Positions 29,227 through 39,400 of a stretch of DNA of 64,000 bases are shown here, in pieces; position 1 is the stretch's first letter; the number at the start of each line of letters is the position of its first letter. Below the pieces are notes generated by a model. It did no database searches. It saw nothing but the letters and a program-made list of their open reading frames with translations, and was not told where the DNA came from. The DNA lies in assembly GCA_965208025.1 (NCBI GenBank), contig OZ242302.1, positions 1,936,727 to 2,000,726 of the forward strand. The letters are read 5' to 3'. The position numbers were made by a program, and so were the translations under genes. This DNA is from Rhodothermales bacterium. Lineage in GTDB: Bacteria > Bacteroidota > Rhodothermia > Rhodothermales > Bin80.

Positions 29227-31122
29227 TCAATGTGAGCCCTCACCTAAATCCAGAGATAGATCTGCGTCAGGCTCATCATCAAAACAATCCTCCCTATCAA
29301 GAACCTTTAAAAGCAGGCTCTTCTGCCGATATTCTTCCTGATAACCCAGTTGATCTGCACTCCCCTCATCTGAGTTGAGAACTTTTCGTGCTAATTCCGT
29401 CATCTGATTTTTGATGATTCTCTGCTTATTGCGTCGCATACATTCCTTAGCCACTCGCATCGAATCTTGATTCAATTCCGGGACGGCGATTTTCTTTTCT
29501 TCCCATCCTTTGGAAATTTCATGCTGATGGATCATTAATCCCCCAATCAACTGCTGGGTTGGTTGACTTACATCAAGTTTCCCATTCTGTATGGCCTCTA
29601 AAGTCCTCTCATCGTACTTGTTACAGAGCTTCGACAATGCCTCGGCAAGTTCATGAGACGGTCCATCCTGAAATTCCTCAAGGCTCATCTTAGGAAGGAT
29701 AAAATTGATCATTGGAGCCCCATTTTCCATCATCAACTGCAAGATTTTTTTCTCTGGCTCAGGAATATTATCGGTAGGATCATTTCTTACGGGAGGAGTC
29801 GGAGCTGGCGCGGTGGATCGAGGCTTGGCCATGAGATGCCGATTGACTTCTTGCAAGACATCCCCTTCCGCAATATCAAATAACCGACTTGCTTCTTTGA
29901 TATACTGTTTCTTGACAAGATCTCCTTCGATCATAGCAATTCGCCGGGCAATTTCAGAGAGTTCCTGTATTTTTCCGCGAATACTACTGAGTGCATTCTT
30001 ACTGTCTGCTGCTAAGTAAAGGGATTCAACCCAATTTTTTGAAGACGATGCAAGATATTCCTTGAACTCATCTGCACCCAGTCTCTGAACAAATGAATCT
30101 GGGTCTTCTCCTGGAGGAAGTCTGATCACACTGGCATCCAGACCATTTTCAAGAGCGCAATCTATCGCGCGCGTAGTGGCCTCAATCCCAGCATTATCTG
30201 CATCATAAAGCAACTGAATCTCATTGACATAACGTGTCAGTAAGCGAACCTGTTCGGCAGTCAATGCAGTGCCACAGCTTGCCACCGATCCGATTCCTGC
30301 CTGATCCAGTGCCAATACATCCGTGTATCCCTCCACCAAGAGAACCTTCTCATGCGAACGGGCTGTTCGCTTGGACTGATACAGTCCGTATAATACTTCT
30401 TTTTTTGAATAGACTTCGGTTTCGGTTGAGTTGATATACTTTGGAGTATTCGGGACATCTGCAAGAATTCGCCCCCCGAATCCGACAATCTTTCCCACAT
30501 GAGACCAGATTGGAAAGATGAGCCGACCTCGAAATCGATCATAGTACCCCTCCCTCTCCTCTCGCTTGACAACCAAGCCGGCTCTAACCAGAGTTTCCTG
30601 TTTGATGTGTCCACGCTCCGCTTCCTTGAGCAAGCCATCCCAAGACTCAGTGGCGTACCCCAACTTAAATCGCTCAACTGTTTTCTGCGTCAACCCTCGC
30701 TCAGCGATATAGTCTCGTGCCTGTTTCCCAACCGTCGGTTCCTGAAGATTGCGCATATAGTACTCGGATGCGAAGCGAAGTGCATGGTAGACGGTCTCTT
30801 TTTTCTCAAATGCCTCCCGATCGTGAACCTGTTCAGGAATTTTAATCCCCATACGACTAGCCAGCCATCGTACCGCATCCACAAACTCAAGTCGCTCCTT
30901 CTCCATGACGAATGTGATCACATTCCCTCCTATTCCACATCCAAAACATTTGAAAAATCCCTTTTGTGGATTCACATTGAAGGATGGAGTCTTCTCATCG
31001 TGGAACGGGCAGAGCCCCATGAATCTACTACCCACCTTCTTCATCCGCGTATAATCCTCCACAATACCCAGAAAATCCGAGTGGTCACGTACCTGCTCAA
31101 CAATTTCTTCTGGTATTCGCAT
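29227..31122 (-). CDS. dnaG: DNA primase
   Basis: Zinc-binding motif CPFHDEKTPSFNVNPQKGFFKCFGCGIGG, TOPRIM motifs (LVEGYTDV, LLYDADNAG), 631 aa. Confidence 0.96.
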   Translation of the reverse strand: MRIPEEIVEQVRDHSDFLGIVEDYTRMKKVGSRFMGLCPFHDEKTPSFNVNPQKGFFKCFGCGIGGNVITFVMEKERLEFVDAVRWLASRMGIKIPEQVHDREAFEKKETVYHALRFASEYYMRNLQEPTVGKQARDYIAERGLTQKTVERFKLGYATESWDGLLKEAERGHIKQETLVRAGLVVKREEREGYYDRFRGRLIFPIWSHVGKIVGFGGRILADVPNTPKYINSTETEVYSKKEVLYGLYQSKRTARSHEKVLLVEGYTDVLALDQAGIGSVASCGTALTAEQVRLLTRYVNEIQLLYDADNAGIEATTRAIDCALENGLDASVIRLPPGEDPDSFVQRLGADEFKEYLASSSKNWVESLYLAADSKNALSSIRGKIQELSEIARRIAMIEGDLVKKQYIKEASRLFDIAEGDVLQEVNRHLMAKPRSTAPAPTPPVRNDPTDNIPEPEKKILQLMMENGAPMINFILPKMSLEEFQDGPSHELAEALSKLCNKYDERTLEAIQNGKLDVSQPTQQLIGGLMIHQHEISKGWEEKKIAVPELNQDSMRVAKECMRRNKQRIIKNQMTELARKVLNSDEGSADQLGYQEEYRQKSLLLKVLDREDCFDDEPDADLSLDLGEGSH

Positions 31123-31128
31123 TCTGGC

Positions 31129-31236
31129 TTATGTGCGGGTTTCTTCAACCGGCGCCTGCTCTGGCTTGTCCGAACACTGACACGCACCCAAAGATAGGAC
31201 TGCCACAAGAAAGGTAACGAACATTACTCTGATCAT
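31129..31236 (-). CDS. possible 35-aa lipoprotein immediately upstream of dnaG
   Basis: ATG-initiated ORF MIRVMFVTFLVAVLSLGACQCSDKPEQAPVEETRT with a lipobox (LSLGAC). Its stop lies 6 nt before the dnaG start. It is too short to be in the ORF track. Confidence 0.3.
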   Translation of the reverse strand: MIRVMFVTFLVAVLSLGACQCSDKPEQAPVEETRT

Positions 31237-31306
31237 GATGAATTAAATTTGGTTTCGTATAGTATACGCACATCTCGTTGTTTATGCTGCCAAATTTGCC
31301 CTATCT

Positions 31307-32080
31307 TTGGGGATAGATGATCTTGCTTGTGTCTTGAATATTCTCGGAATTGACATAGGAGGGACCGGAATCAAGGGTGCCCCGGTCCGAATTAAGTCTG
31401 GGAAACTGGCTTCGGAGCGTTTCCGCCTGCCCACTCCGGAAGGAGGACGTCCCAAAGATGTGGCAAAAACCGTTCGTGCCATTGTCCAACATTTTAAGTG
31501 GCATGGAAAAATTGGAATCACGATGCCTGTGCGAATCCGTAATGGAATTGCCTGCACTGCTGCTAATATTCATCCTTCGTGGATCGGCACAAATGTAGAT
31601 TCACTTTTCACCAAGATTCTCGGCTCAGACGTAACGACGCTCAATGATGCCGATGCAGCGGGTTACGCAGAAGTACATCATGGCGCTGGGAAGGGGGCAA
31701 AAGGAAAGACACTTGTTTTGACCCTTGGCACAGGGATTGGCTCTAGTATGTTCATCAAATCCACCTTAGTCCCTAATCTTGAACTTGGCCATTTACGAAT
31801 GTCTGGAAAAACGGCAGAACAATGGGCTGCCAATAGTATTCGAAAGCGTGATCATCTATCCTGGGAGATTTGGGCTGAACGGCTCCAGGACTATTTAACG
31901 TATATTGAGTTCTTACTCGATCCTGATCTGATCATTCTTGGGGGTGGAGTTAGCCGACCGAAGCGGACGAAACATTATTTCCACTTACTCGAGACATATG
32001 CCCGGCTACTTCCGGCTCATTTTCAGAACGAAGCTGGAATTATTGGTGCTGCCTGTGCAGCGCATTCCAAAAAAAACTGA
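31307..32080 (+). CDS. ppgK: ROK-family polyphosphate/ATP glucokinase
   Basis: N-terminal LGIDIGGTGIKGA motif and ROK-like core; 257 aa. Both candidate starts are TTG (31307, or 31334 giving MNILGIDIGG). Confidence 0.8.
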   Translation: MGIDDLACVLNILGIDIGGTGIKGAPVRIKSGKLASERFRLPTPEGGRPKDVAKTVRAIVQHFKWHGKIGITMPVRIRNGIACTAANIHPSWIGTNVDSLFTKILGSDVTTLNDADAAGYAEVHHGAGKGAKGKTLVLTLGTGIGSSMFIKSTLVPNLELGHLRMSGKTAEQWAANSIRKRDHLSWEIWAERLQDYLTYIEFLLDPDLIILGGGVSRPKRTKHYFHLLETYARLLPAHFQNEAGIIGAACAAHSKKN

Positions 32081-32901
32081 TGCACCCTACCCCATCACTG
32101 ATTCAAGAGCATTTATTCTCCGAAGACCCTGATGTTCAGCTTGCCGGTTTTGATCAGTTGATCCACGCCCTGAACACTGGCACGGTCCGGGCTGCTACCC
32201 GCGACGAAGACGGGAACTGGACTGTACATGCATGGGTCAAGAAAGGGTTACTCTTTGGATTCCGAGTGGGCAGACTTGAACAAATTCCCGCTAGGCCTGC
32301 TCCTTTCTTTGACAAGCACACCTTTCCCTTGAAGCCTCTTGAGCTCACCGATCAAGTTCGAATCGTACCTGGTGGATCTTCCATTCGGACTGGCAGCTAT
32401 GTTAGCCCTGATGTCGTCTGTATGCCCCCAATGTATATCAATACAGGAGCCTATGTAGACGAAAAAACGATGGTAGATTCACACGCTCTGATTGGCAGTT
32501 GTGCCCAGGTGGGAAAGCGGGTTCATGTATCGGCAGCGACTCAGATTGGTGGTGTCTTGGAGCCTCCGGGTGCTCTACCAGTTATCGTAGAGGATGATTG
32601 TTTTCTCGGGGGAGGCTGTGGGATCTACGAGGGCTGTGTAATTCGAAAGGGGGCCGTCCTTGCTCCTGGCGTCATCCTTACCAATTCAACACGGATCTAT
32701 GACTTGGTCCATGAACGAGTCATTGAGCCCGGCGAAGTTCCGATGGGGGCGGTTGTAGTATCTGGCAGTAAGACGAGGCCTAACGCATTTGCGCGCGCCC
32801 ATGGAATCTCCACATATATTCCAGTCATCATCAAGTACAGGGATGCTCAGACAGATGCTGCAACCGCACTTGAGTCTGCTCTCCGCGAATCTATTGGATG
32901 A
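32080..32901 (+). CDS. dapD: 2,3,4,5-tetrahydropyridine-2,6-dicarboxylate N-succinyltransferase
   Basis: Strong similarity to the DapD core: YINTGAYVDEKTMVDSHALIGSCAQVGKRVHVSAATQIGGVLEP...IVEDDCFLGG, with hexapeptide repeats; 273 aa. Confidence 0.95.
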   Translation: MHPTPSLIQEHLFSEDPDVQLAGFDQLIHALNTGTVRAATRDEDGNWTVHAWVKKGLLFGFRVGRLEQIPARPAPFFDKHTFPLKPLELTDQVRIVPGGSSIRTGSYVSPDVVCMPPMYINTGAYVDEKTMVDSHALIGSCAQVGKRVHVSAATQIGGVLEPPGALPVIVEDDCFLGGGCGIYEGCVIRKGAVLAPGVILTNSTRIYDLVHERVIEPGEVPMGAVVVSGSKTRPNAFARAHGISTYIPVIIKYRDAQTDAATALESALRESIG

Positions 32902-33451
32902 TCACCAAATCGGGTGCGATAAACGCTCGTGCATAATCCCGCTCAATCACATCTAGAATGGATTGGGCCTCTTCGCGCGAGATAAAATTTCCAATCCTTA
33001 CACGATGATAAGGCACGCGGAAATCTTGATAAACTGGTGGTTGCTCTTCTGTGCGCGGGTATAATTCCATGAGATCGGGATCCTGAACAAACCCCTTCCA
33101 CCATGCCAAGGCATCCTCAACAGTACGATCAGCCTCCTGCTTATCCAGTGTGGAAATAATCTGAATTCGATATCCTGATACTTGATCTGATGAGTTGCGT
33201 GATTGCGGGGATGGAGTATTTGCGGAACGTAAGAGTTCAGGCACATCGTGAAGAGTGATGGCTGAGTGATCTATTGGGTCTTCACGGTAGGGGGTAAGGT
33301 CAAAATCTTCGTACTGCGCCCACTGAAACGGGACATCCCCAGACGTCTCCTCTGTAATTGTACTGACCAATGGCCGAGGCCCTGGCCCCGCACAACTGGC
33401 AACACTCAGGAATAGAAAAAACAAGATGGAGCGTTGAATAGAATTAGACAT
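32891..33451 (-). CDS. SPOR domain-containing lipoprotein
   Basis: Signal plus lipobox (FLFLSVASCAG), and a C-terminal SPOR-like repeat (GYRIQIISTLDKQEADRTVEDAL...YHRVRIGNFISREEAQ). The internal ATG at 33451 is preferred to 33514. Confidence 0.65.
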   Translation of the reverse strand: MSNSIQRSILFFLFLSVASCAGPGPRPLVSTITEETSGDVPFQWAQYEDFDLTPYREDPIDHSAITLHDVPELLRSANTPSPQSRNSSDQVSGYRIQIISTLDKQEADRTVEDALAWWKGFVQDPDLMELYPRTEEQPPVYQDFRVPYHRVRIGNFISREEAQSILDVIERDYARAFIAPDLVIIQ

Positions 33452-34139
33452 TCCCCAATCCTTGAATAATGGACAATGAGGAACTGGCACCAATCCGCGT
33501 GGCACCTGCTTCAATCATCATGAGGGCATCATCTGCTGTTCGAATCCCTCCAGATGCCTTGACACCCAGATCTCTACCAACCGTATCCCGCATGAGAAGG
33601 ACATCTTCTCTGGTCGCTCCTCCATTCGCATATCCCGTTGATGTCTTAACATAGTCCGCCCCTGCATCTCTGGCTAACAGGCAGGCAGTTCGTTTCTCCT
33701 CATCGGTGAGCAGAGAACATTCTAGAATCACTTTGACCAGAGCCATCCCCTCACATGCTCGTACCGTCTCTTCAATATCTTTCTCTACGGCCCCATAGAA
33801 ACCACTCTTGAGCAATCCTACCGCCATGACAAGATCCACCTCCTTTGCGCCCTCGTTGATTGCAACGGTTGCTTCCATAGCTTTGGCGGCGCTGCAACCA
33901 TTTCCATGGGGGAATCCTAACACAGTACAGACAACGGGAGACTGTTCCGTGAGCATCAAATTGGCCTCTTTGACGTAGCACGGAGGGACACATACACTCG
34001 CAAAGCCAAACTTTGCCGCCTCCTGACACAGAATATTGATGTCCTGTACAGTGGTATCAGGACTCAGGTTGGTATGATCAATCATACCGGCTAGGTCTGC
34101 CACACTGTAATCAATCGTGTCGTAGGCTGGATCACTCAT
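33444..34139 (-). CDS. deoC: deoxyribose-phosphate aldolase
   Basis: 231-aa class I aldolase with the DeoC pattern (IDHTNL, FASVCV, VKVILE, DYVKTSTG, GVKASGGIR). Confidence 0.92.
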   Translation of the reverse strand: MSDPAYDTIDYSVADLAGMIDHTNLSPDTTVQDINILCQEAAKFGFASVCVPPCYVKEANLMLTEQSPVVCTVLGFPHGNGCSAAKAMEATVAINEGAKEVDLVMAVGLLKSGFYGAVEKDIEETVRACEGMALVKVILECSLLTDEEKRTACLLARDAGADYVKTSTGYANGGATREDVLLMRDTVGRDLGVKASGGIRTADDALMMIEAGATRIGASSSLSIIQGLGNV

Positions 34140-34205
34140 TCGTACTGCATCAATTCTGTACTCTAACTTTTGACTGGTTTGGTGGTGCCAACCAATTCAA
34201 GTTCT

Positions 34206-35090
34206 ATGCGTGAAATTTGTCTATTCTTCATTTTCGTCACTGGCTGTTCATCCAGCCTTGAAGGCGACCGCACAGTTGAGGATGATCTGGGACGCATCGT
34301 TCATTTACCTTCGGAGATTGAACGGATTGCCCCTTTGGCGCCCAGCATCACAGAGCTACTGTTTGCCTCTGGGGCTGGATCAAGAGTCGTGGGGGTATCA
34401 ACCGTTGATGACTTCCCTCCTGCCGTGAATTCTCTACCAAAATATAGTCTGATCCCTATGGATTTTGAGGCGATTGTCGCGCTAGACCTTGACTTGGTTG
34501 TTGCCAGTGAGCAGGTCAATCAACCTAAAGATGCAGATCTATTTGCGAAGGTAGGCATTCCCGTCTACTTTGTTGCGGTGAACACATTAGAAGATGTCAC
34601 GAGGGCAATTCGTGACTTGGGAGAACTTTTTTCTACCTCCGAATTTGCCAACCATCGCGCAACAGAGTTAGAGGATTCCTTAGCGGTACTCTCTGCACTT
34701 ACCGAGGATCTCCTTAATAAACCGGATGTACTCTTTTTGATTGAGCATACCACCCTCTATGCTTTTGGGCAGGGGAGTCATATCCACGACATGATCCATA
34801 TTGCGGGAGGTTCCAGTATTACGAGCAATTTATCCACACGTTTTCCCATCTTGACGGACGAATTTGTATTAACCTCCATGCCTGATGTCATTGCTGGCTC
34901 ATTTGGTGAGGAGTTTGAAAATTTCCAACTGCTTTCCAGCCATCCGACTTGGGATATTGTCCCTGCTGTTCGCTCCAACAGGGTTTATGGATTTGACTCT
35001 GCCTATTTCTTGCGACCCGGTCCCCGTCTGGTGAAAGGAACCTGGGAAATTGCTCGAGTGCTGCATCCATTGGTGGTGACAGATCTATGA
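34206..35090 (+). CDS. ABC transporter periplasmic binding lipoprotein, BtuF/siderophore (class 8) type
   Basis: Lipoprotein signal FIFVTGCSS and the typical RIAPLAPSITELLFALGAG..VVGV / DLVVAS pattern. It overlaps the permease gene by 4 nt. Confidence 0.75.
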   Translation: MREICLFFIFVTGCSSSLEGDRTVEDDLGRIVHLPSEIERIAPLAPSITELLFASGAGSRVVGVSTVDDFPPAVNSLPKYSLIPMDFEAIVALDLDLVVASEQVNQPKDADLFAKVGIPVYFVAVNTLEDVTRAIRDLGELFSTSEFANHRATELEDSLAVLSALTEDLLNKPDVLFLIEHTTLYAFGQGSHIHDMIHIAGGSSITSNLSTRFPILTDEFVLTSMPDVIAGSFGEEFENFQLLSSHPTWDIVPAVRSNRVYGFDSAYFLRPGPRLVKGTWEIARVLHPLVVTDL

Positions 35091-36103
35091 ATCGCTGGAC
35101 GGCTAGCCTTCTGGCCATGGCGCTTTTTAGCGTAGTGATTGCCGTAAGCACTGGACGCAGTGTATCCTTCGTTGATGCACTCTCTGTTCTATGGTATCAT
35201 GTAACATTGGGATATGGTCCTGCACCAGATCCGATCGCTGACCGTATTGTGTGGCAGCTTCGATTGCCTCGTGCGCTCCTTGCTCTCATCGTTGGAGGTG
35301 GACTGGGGATCATTGGAACTGCCATGCAGACTCTGGTTCGAAATCCACTGGCGGAACCTTATATTCTTGGCATCTCTGGTGGAGCAACGGCTGGCGCCTC
35401 GCTCTTCTATCTTGGCTTTTTACCTCCCTTGATCTCGAAGGCGATTTCAATGCCAGTTGCCGCATTCGCTGGGGGATTATGTGCCATTCTAATTGTGTAT
35501 GGTGTGGCGGGGAGCCGGGGGCGAATTTCGGTCACGCGGCTACTCTTGGCGGGTGTCGCTGTAGCATCTCTCATGGGAGCACTATCCTCCTTTATTACCT
35601 TATCCTCGCCCGAGCCCGATAAACTCCGTTCGGTTCTATTTTGGCTTCTCGGATCGCTCCATCTTGCGACATGGCCCTCACTCCTATGGCCCGCCATTGC
35701 GGTTTCATTTGGATTCATTGTGTTAATGGGTTTAGCCCGTCCATTAGATGGGATGCTGACTGGGGATGAATCGGCTCACTCCTTGGGTGTCCCCGTTGAA
35801 TCTATCAAGCGAATCCTCATTGTTCTTGCATCATTAGTCACTGGATCAATTGTTGCCGCCAGCGGGGCGATTGGGTTCGTCGGACTGATTGTGCCTCATG
35901 CGGTTCGCTCATTTACGGGCGTCACCCATCGACGGGTACTACCAGCAAGCTTTATTGGAGGGGCAATTTTTCTCCTTTGGGCAGATCTTGCAGCGAGAGC
36001 TCTCCTGCCTGGAGCACAACTACCTGTCGGGATTGTGACGGCTCTCTGCGGGGTCCCTTTTTTCCTGATCCTGCTCCACCGAAAGCCATATGGTTTTAAT
36101 TGA
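35087..36103 (+). CDS. FecCD/BtuC-family ABC transporter permease
   Basis: 338 aa and about 9-10 TM segments. Characteristic LRLPRALLALIVGGGLGIIGTAMQTLVRNPLAEPYILGISGGA. Confidence 0.9.
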   Translation: MNRWTASLLAMALFSVVIAVSTGRSVSFVDALSVLWYHVTLGYGPAPDPIADRIVWQLRLPRALLALIVGGGLGIIGTAMQTLVRNPLAEPYILGISGGATAGASLFYLGFLPPLISKAISMPVAAFAGGLCAILIVYGVAGSRGRISVTRLLLAGVAVASLMGALSSFITLSSPEPDKLRSVLFWLLGSLHLATWPSLLWPAIAVSFGFIVLMGLARPLDGMLTGDESAHSLGVPVESIKRILIVLASLVTGSIVAASGAIGFVGLIVPHAVRSFTGVTHRRVLPASFIGGAIFLLWADLAARALLPGAQLPVGIVTALCGVPFFLILLHRKPYGFN

Positions 36104-36406
36104 TCCGTAATGGAATCCGCTCTGGAACCGTTTCTTGACAGATGCTTGCTCTTTTACCATCTTAAAATCATTCTCCAAATCTTAACGATTGATTTTCACT
36201 TACCCTGACCAATTTTGCCCGCACATGGGATGCCCATGTGGTAAACGTCCGTTGAGATCAGGTTCTTGAAACCTCCCGAATCTTTACGGTCTACAAGATG
36301 ATTCTTGCTTATATTTCCTAGTCTTTCCATCCAAATCTGGGAATTACCTCGCCTACCTTGAAAATAATTGATCCCGTACGATACAGATTGGTCGCTCATC
36401 CAGTAG

Positions 36407-39400
36407 ATGGACAGCCCACCTAAGTCCCTATATGTCAAGAAAATCATGTCAAGATCATTTCTTTCCTGTTCGGGATTGGTGGTGGGTTTTATTCTACTGT
36501 TCTTTGTGCAGGATGTCACTTCACAAACAATAGTGAACATTTGCGACCGAACTGACAAAATTAGAGACGAGATTCTTGCCCAAATCCCGAATCAAACCGA
36601 CTGTGCAACTGTAACGGCCGATCAGTTGTTAGGCATCACGAGTCTTAATTTTAGGATTAAGAGAATCAGAGAGTTACAAGAAGGGGACTTTGCCGGGCTC
36701 ACCAACTTGCAATTTTTGGGCTTGATCAACCGGGGCAATCCTTTTAACCGACCCGAATACTCCACTCTACCTGAGAATCTCTTTGCCGGTCTCTCTAACC
36801 TGACATCATTGTCGCTTGAGAATTCTGAAATCCGTACCCTGCCTGAAAATATCTTTACCCCTCTCACTAACTTGAAAAATCTAGATCTTCAGAGTAATAG
36901 TGGCTTAACCCTATATGCAGATCTCTTTAACGGACTCTCCAAATTGAAAAGTCTGGATTTAGCCTTAATAAACCTAAACAAGTCCCTATCTGCAAATCTC
37001 TTTGCCGGTCTATCCAGCCTGGAAACGCTGGATATGCACAACACTCGCCTCAACAGCTTACCTGTGAATCTATTTACCGGTCTCACCAATCTGAAAAATC
37101 TGAAATTGGATTTTAATTCTTTCAGTGAATTGCGTACCGATTTTTTTGCGGATTTCTCTGGACTACAACTTCTGGAGTTACAGTTTAATTCCTTTAAGAC
37201 ATTGCCTTCAAATTTTTTTGATGGCGTTTCAGGACTGCATGTTAATCTTACGAATAACCCTCTGGAATGCCTACCTCAAAAGATCCTTGATCTCATAAGT
37301 ATGGGGACAATCACAATTTCACATACTTCTGGTGACCTGATGGCCTGTCAGTTTCCAGAGGTCATGTTGGCCTTATCTGAAGATATGATTTTGGAAGGCG
37401 AGTTTACAACGGTCACCGCGACTCTGGATCAAGAATCAACTGAGGAGACGACGGTCACCGTGACGGTCACACCTGATTCACCTGATACGGATGATTTCGC
37501 CATGTTAAGTACGAATGCCGTCCTCACATTTGCGGCGGGAGAAACGGAGAGTTCTGGGGTGGTCACCATCACCGCGGTGGATGATGATATTTACACGGGG
37601 ACCCATATTTTCCATATTGGCGGGATGTCGGAGAATGATTTGGGGATTTACGGTCCTGCTTCTGTGCAACTGACGATCACGGATGACGAAATAGAGCCCT
37701 CCGTCACACTATTGGTCGTGCCCGACGAGGTACGTGAAGATGCTGGAGCAACGAATGTGACGGTGACGGCGATGCTGAATGCGGCGCAGACGACCGACAC
37801 CGAAATAAGGGTTTCGGTGGAATCTGGGACTGCCACATCGGGGATCGACTTTGAGCTCGTCTCTCCGCTCTTTATGACCATTGTGGCAGGTGAGACGGTT
37901 TCGTTCTCTCAGGGGTTTCGCTTTGTACCAATTCAGGATACGGATGTGGACGAGGGAGATGAGACGGTTCAGCTTATCCCGGCGAGTCCGATTCAAATTA
38001 ACACCCCTGCGACGCTTACGATCCTTGATGTGCCTCCTCCTTCGGTGGTCTCGCTGGAGTTGGACGAAGAGAGGATTTCGGAAAACGGCGGCCGCGCGCT
38101 GGTGGAGGCAACTTTGAGTCCCGCCTCCACCGCCGTAACCACCGTCGAAGTCTCTGTAACGCCTGTTTCGCCTGCTACAGAGAGCGATTACGAACCTCTC
38201 ACCACCACCACGCTCACGATTGCTGCAGGGGAGACCTCCAGCACTGGAGCGGTGACGATCACGGCGGTAGACAATGATGTGGATGCGCCGGACAAGATGT
38301 TGCGGGTAAGGGGGGAGGCAACGAGTGTGGAAAGCGTGGTCAGTCCTCCGCCAAGGGAGCTGACCATTGAGGATGATGATCAGGCAACCGAGGTCACGCT
38401 TACGATTTCTCCTGAGGAAGTACTCGAGGACGCAGGAAGCGTACCCATCACGGTCACGGCAGAGCTGGATGTTCTGCGCGGTGAGGACACGGAGGTGAAT
38501 GTTTCGCTCGCAGACGGGACGGCAAATGTGGGCGACGATTTTACTGCCGTCCCCACATTTACGATCACGATTCCCGGGGGAGAGTCCGAGGCTTCGGAGA
38601 CGTTTAGGTTCATGCCGACCAATGACAATGTGGATGAGCCGGATGAGACGGTTCAGGTCACGGGAACGACGCCGGTGGATGGTCTCGCGGTGGCCCCCGC
38701 GGAAGTTACGATTCTGGATGCGACCGAGATGCCCATCGTGACGCTGGCATTAGCCCAACCAATGATTGAAGAAAATGGCGGGAGTACGACCGTGACCGCA
38801 CATCTGGATGCCGCGTCCAGCACGCCGACGGAGATTACGGTCTCGGTGATGCCAAATGCCCCTGCCACTCCAGCGGATTATAACCTGAGTACCAATCGCA
38901 CATTGACGATTCCCCCTGAGGCAACCGAGAGCACGGGGCTGGTCACGATCACGGCGCGGGATAACAATATTGATGCGATGGACAAGACGGTTCGGGTCCA
39001 AGGGCGCGCGATGAACGCGCAACCGGTGACGGATCCTGCGGATGAGACGCTTACGATCACGGATGATGACGATGTCTCCGAGGTCAAGCTTTCGGTTTTT
39101 CCTGAGGAAGTGAACGAAGAGGATGGGCCTACGACGGTCAGGGTCACGGCGTCCATTGAGAATCCACGGGCCGAGGCTACGATGGTCACGATTGCGGTAC
39201 GCTCGGGCACGGCGACTTCGGGAGACGATTTTGCCCCGGTGAACTCGTTTCCCTTGACGATTCCGATCGATGCGACAAGCGAAACGGGGGCGTTTACGTT
39301 GAACCCGACCCCGGACGAGATTCACGAGAGGGACGAGACGATCCTCATTACGGGGAGTAGCGCTCTGGGGACTGATTCCCAGACCCTCCTCTACCTCCGG

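Noticed and set aside
34140-34205. A possible cobalamin riboswitch upstream of the BtuF-like gene.
   Set aside because: Only about 65 nt of intergenic space is available, far too short for a B12 riboswitch, and no B12-box-like sequence is visible.
36196-36558. A 120-aa minus-strand ORF upstream of, and overlapping, the giant gene start.
   Set aside because: It overlaps the signal-peptide-coding 5' end of the 2748-aa gene, has no recognisable motif and has odd composition.
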